This document shows, one piece after another, positions 63,195-64,000 of a stretch of 64,000 nt of DNA. Every line of letters begins with the position of its first letter. Position 1 is the stretch's first letter. Position numbers and translations under genes: made by a program. This stretch comes from Candidatus Eiseniibacteriota bacterium. Lineage in GTDB: Bacteria > Eisenbacteria > RBG-16-71-46 > JABDJR01. The stretch is taken from contig CAWANH010000028.1 of NCBI GenBank assembly GCA_963783375.1, positions 1,728,001 to 1,792,000 of the forward strand, read 5' to 3'. The notes beneath the pieces were generated by a model. It was not told where the DNA came from, did not search any database, and saw only the letters and a list, made by a program, of their open reading frames with translations.

Positions 63195-63910
63195 AACGGT
63201 TTCAGAGCCTTCTCGCCCTCTTCCTGGTCCTGGCCGCCGCACCGGCCGCCCGGGGCGCCGAACCCCTCCCCGGCCACGCGTCCCTGGGAGGAACCACGGG
63301 CCTCATCAACACCCCCACCGCGGACGTCCTTCCCGACGCCACCTTCCGTTTCGGGTACTTCCGGATCGACAGAAAGTGGGCCTACCAACTCCGGGGGGTC
63401 TCCGACAACGACGTCTACTTCGTGAGCTTCGGGTTCCTGCCCCGGGTGGAACTCACGGTCCGGGCCACGGTGTTCAAGGACGTCACCCTTCTCCCGGACA
63501 CGGACTTTCCGCAGGTGGACCGGATGGGATCGGCGCGGATCCTCCTTCTACCCGAAGGGAGGGCGCCGGCGGTGGCGGTGGGTCTGGACGATCCGCGCGG
63601 CACCCGGCGATTTCACAGCCTCTATGTGGTTGGAACCAAGACATTTCCAATTCCGATGGGGCAAATCACCCTCCGGGCTTCGGGCGGATACGGGTTTTCC
63701 GCGCTTTCCGCGGCGCGGCGGGTCCTCGACGGAGGCTTCGGCGGGGTCGAGCTGGGAATCGCCGGCCGGGCGACGGGAATGCTTGAATACGACACCGAGA
63801 AATGGAATACTGGTGTAGGTCTGGTGTTCCTTGGACGCCTGAGCATCCACGCAGCCTTGCTTCATCTCGACACCCTGTCCGGGGGTGCGGCTTGGACCCA
63901 GTCGTTCTGA
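63191..63910 (+). CDS. YjbH-domain protein (N-terminal-type barrel)
   Basis: Signal peptide; GTTGLINTPTADVLP, FLPRVE, DR, PAVAVGLDD, SLYVVGTK, FGGVE, EYDT..WN.G, terminal F. Confidence 0.8.
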   Translation: MKRFQSLLALFLVLAAAPAARGAEPLPGHASLGGTTGLINTPTADVLPDATFRFGYFRIDRKWAYQLRGVSDNDVYFVSFGFLPRVELTVRATVFKDVTLLPDTDFPQVDRMGSARILLLPEGRAPAVAVGLDDPRGTRRFHSLYVVGTKTFPIPMGQITLRASGGYGFSALSAARRVLDGGFGGVELGIAGRATGMLEYDTEKWNTGVGLVFLGRLSIHAALLHLDTLSGGAAWTQSF

Positions 63911-64000
63911 CGGTTCTTCGGAACGTCGGGACCGGGTCGACATCCAGGATGCCCGCCCGTGGATGAGGGTGGTCCAAGTACACCGTGACGCTTCGGTTCG

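Overview
High-GC (~70%) bacterial chromosome segment. Secreted proteins with YPNP...G.YFYR C-terminal domains, an SWGxLK tail and DPxFC-type beta-helix ends suggest an FCB-superphylum candidate lineage such as Eisenbacteria, Krumholzibacteriota or Latescibacterota (inference). 1-13.5 kb: end of the dcw cluster (ftsW, murG, murC, murB, ftsQ, ftsA, ftsZ), a TPR gene, rpmB and recG. 13.6-34 kb: a signalling region with two PAS-kinase/sigma54-activator pairs, an extended MglA GTPase, an FlhG/FleN-FliA pair with no flagellar structural genes in the window, a GAF plus degenerate GGDEF protein and a hybrid kinase. Promoter motifs read from the DNA link these genes into an apparent sigma54 -> FlhG/FliA -> sigma28 cascade. 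Both visible sigma28 targets (mglA and the hybrid kinase) are non-flagellar; this is the best candidate for an undescribed system. 34-64 kb: tricorn protease, a kinase-ATPase-TPR protein, and a secreted-protein island. The island holds three tandem paralogous Cys-rich Ig-stalk proteins (16, 2 and 2 modules, with an exchangeable distal domain and a 963-bp tandem repeat), an S8 protease, a PrcB-like protein and two YjbH-like genes. Several single-base indels break genes and look like long-read consensus errors. Repairing one of them gives a MurG with a ~325-aa Arg/Glu/Gly-rich disordered N-terminus. No rRNA, tRNA, CRISPR or IS element was recognised.
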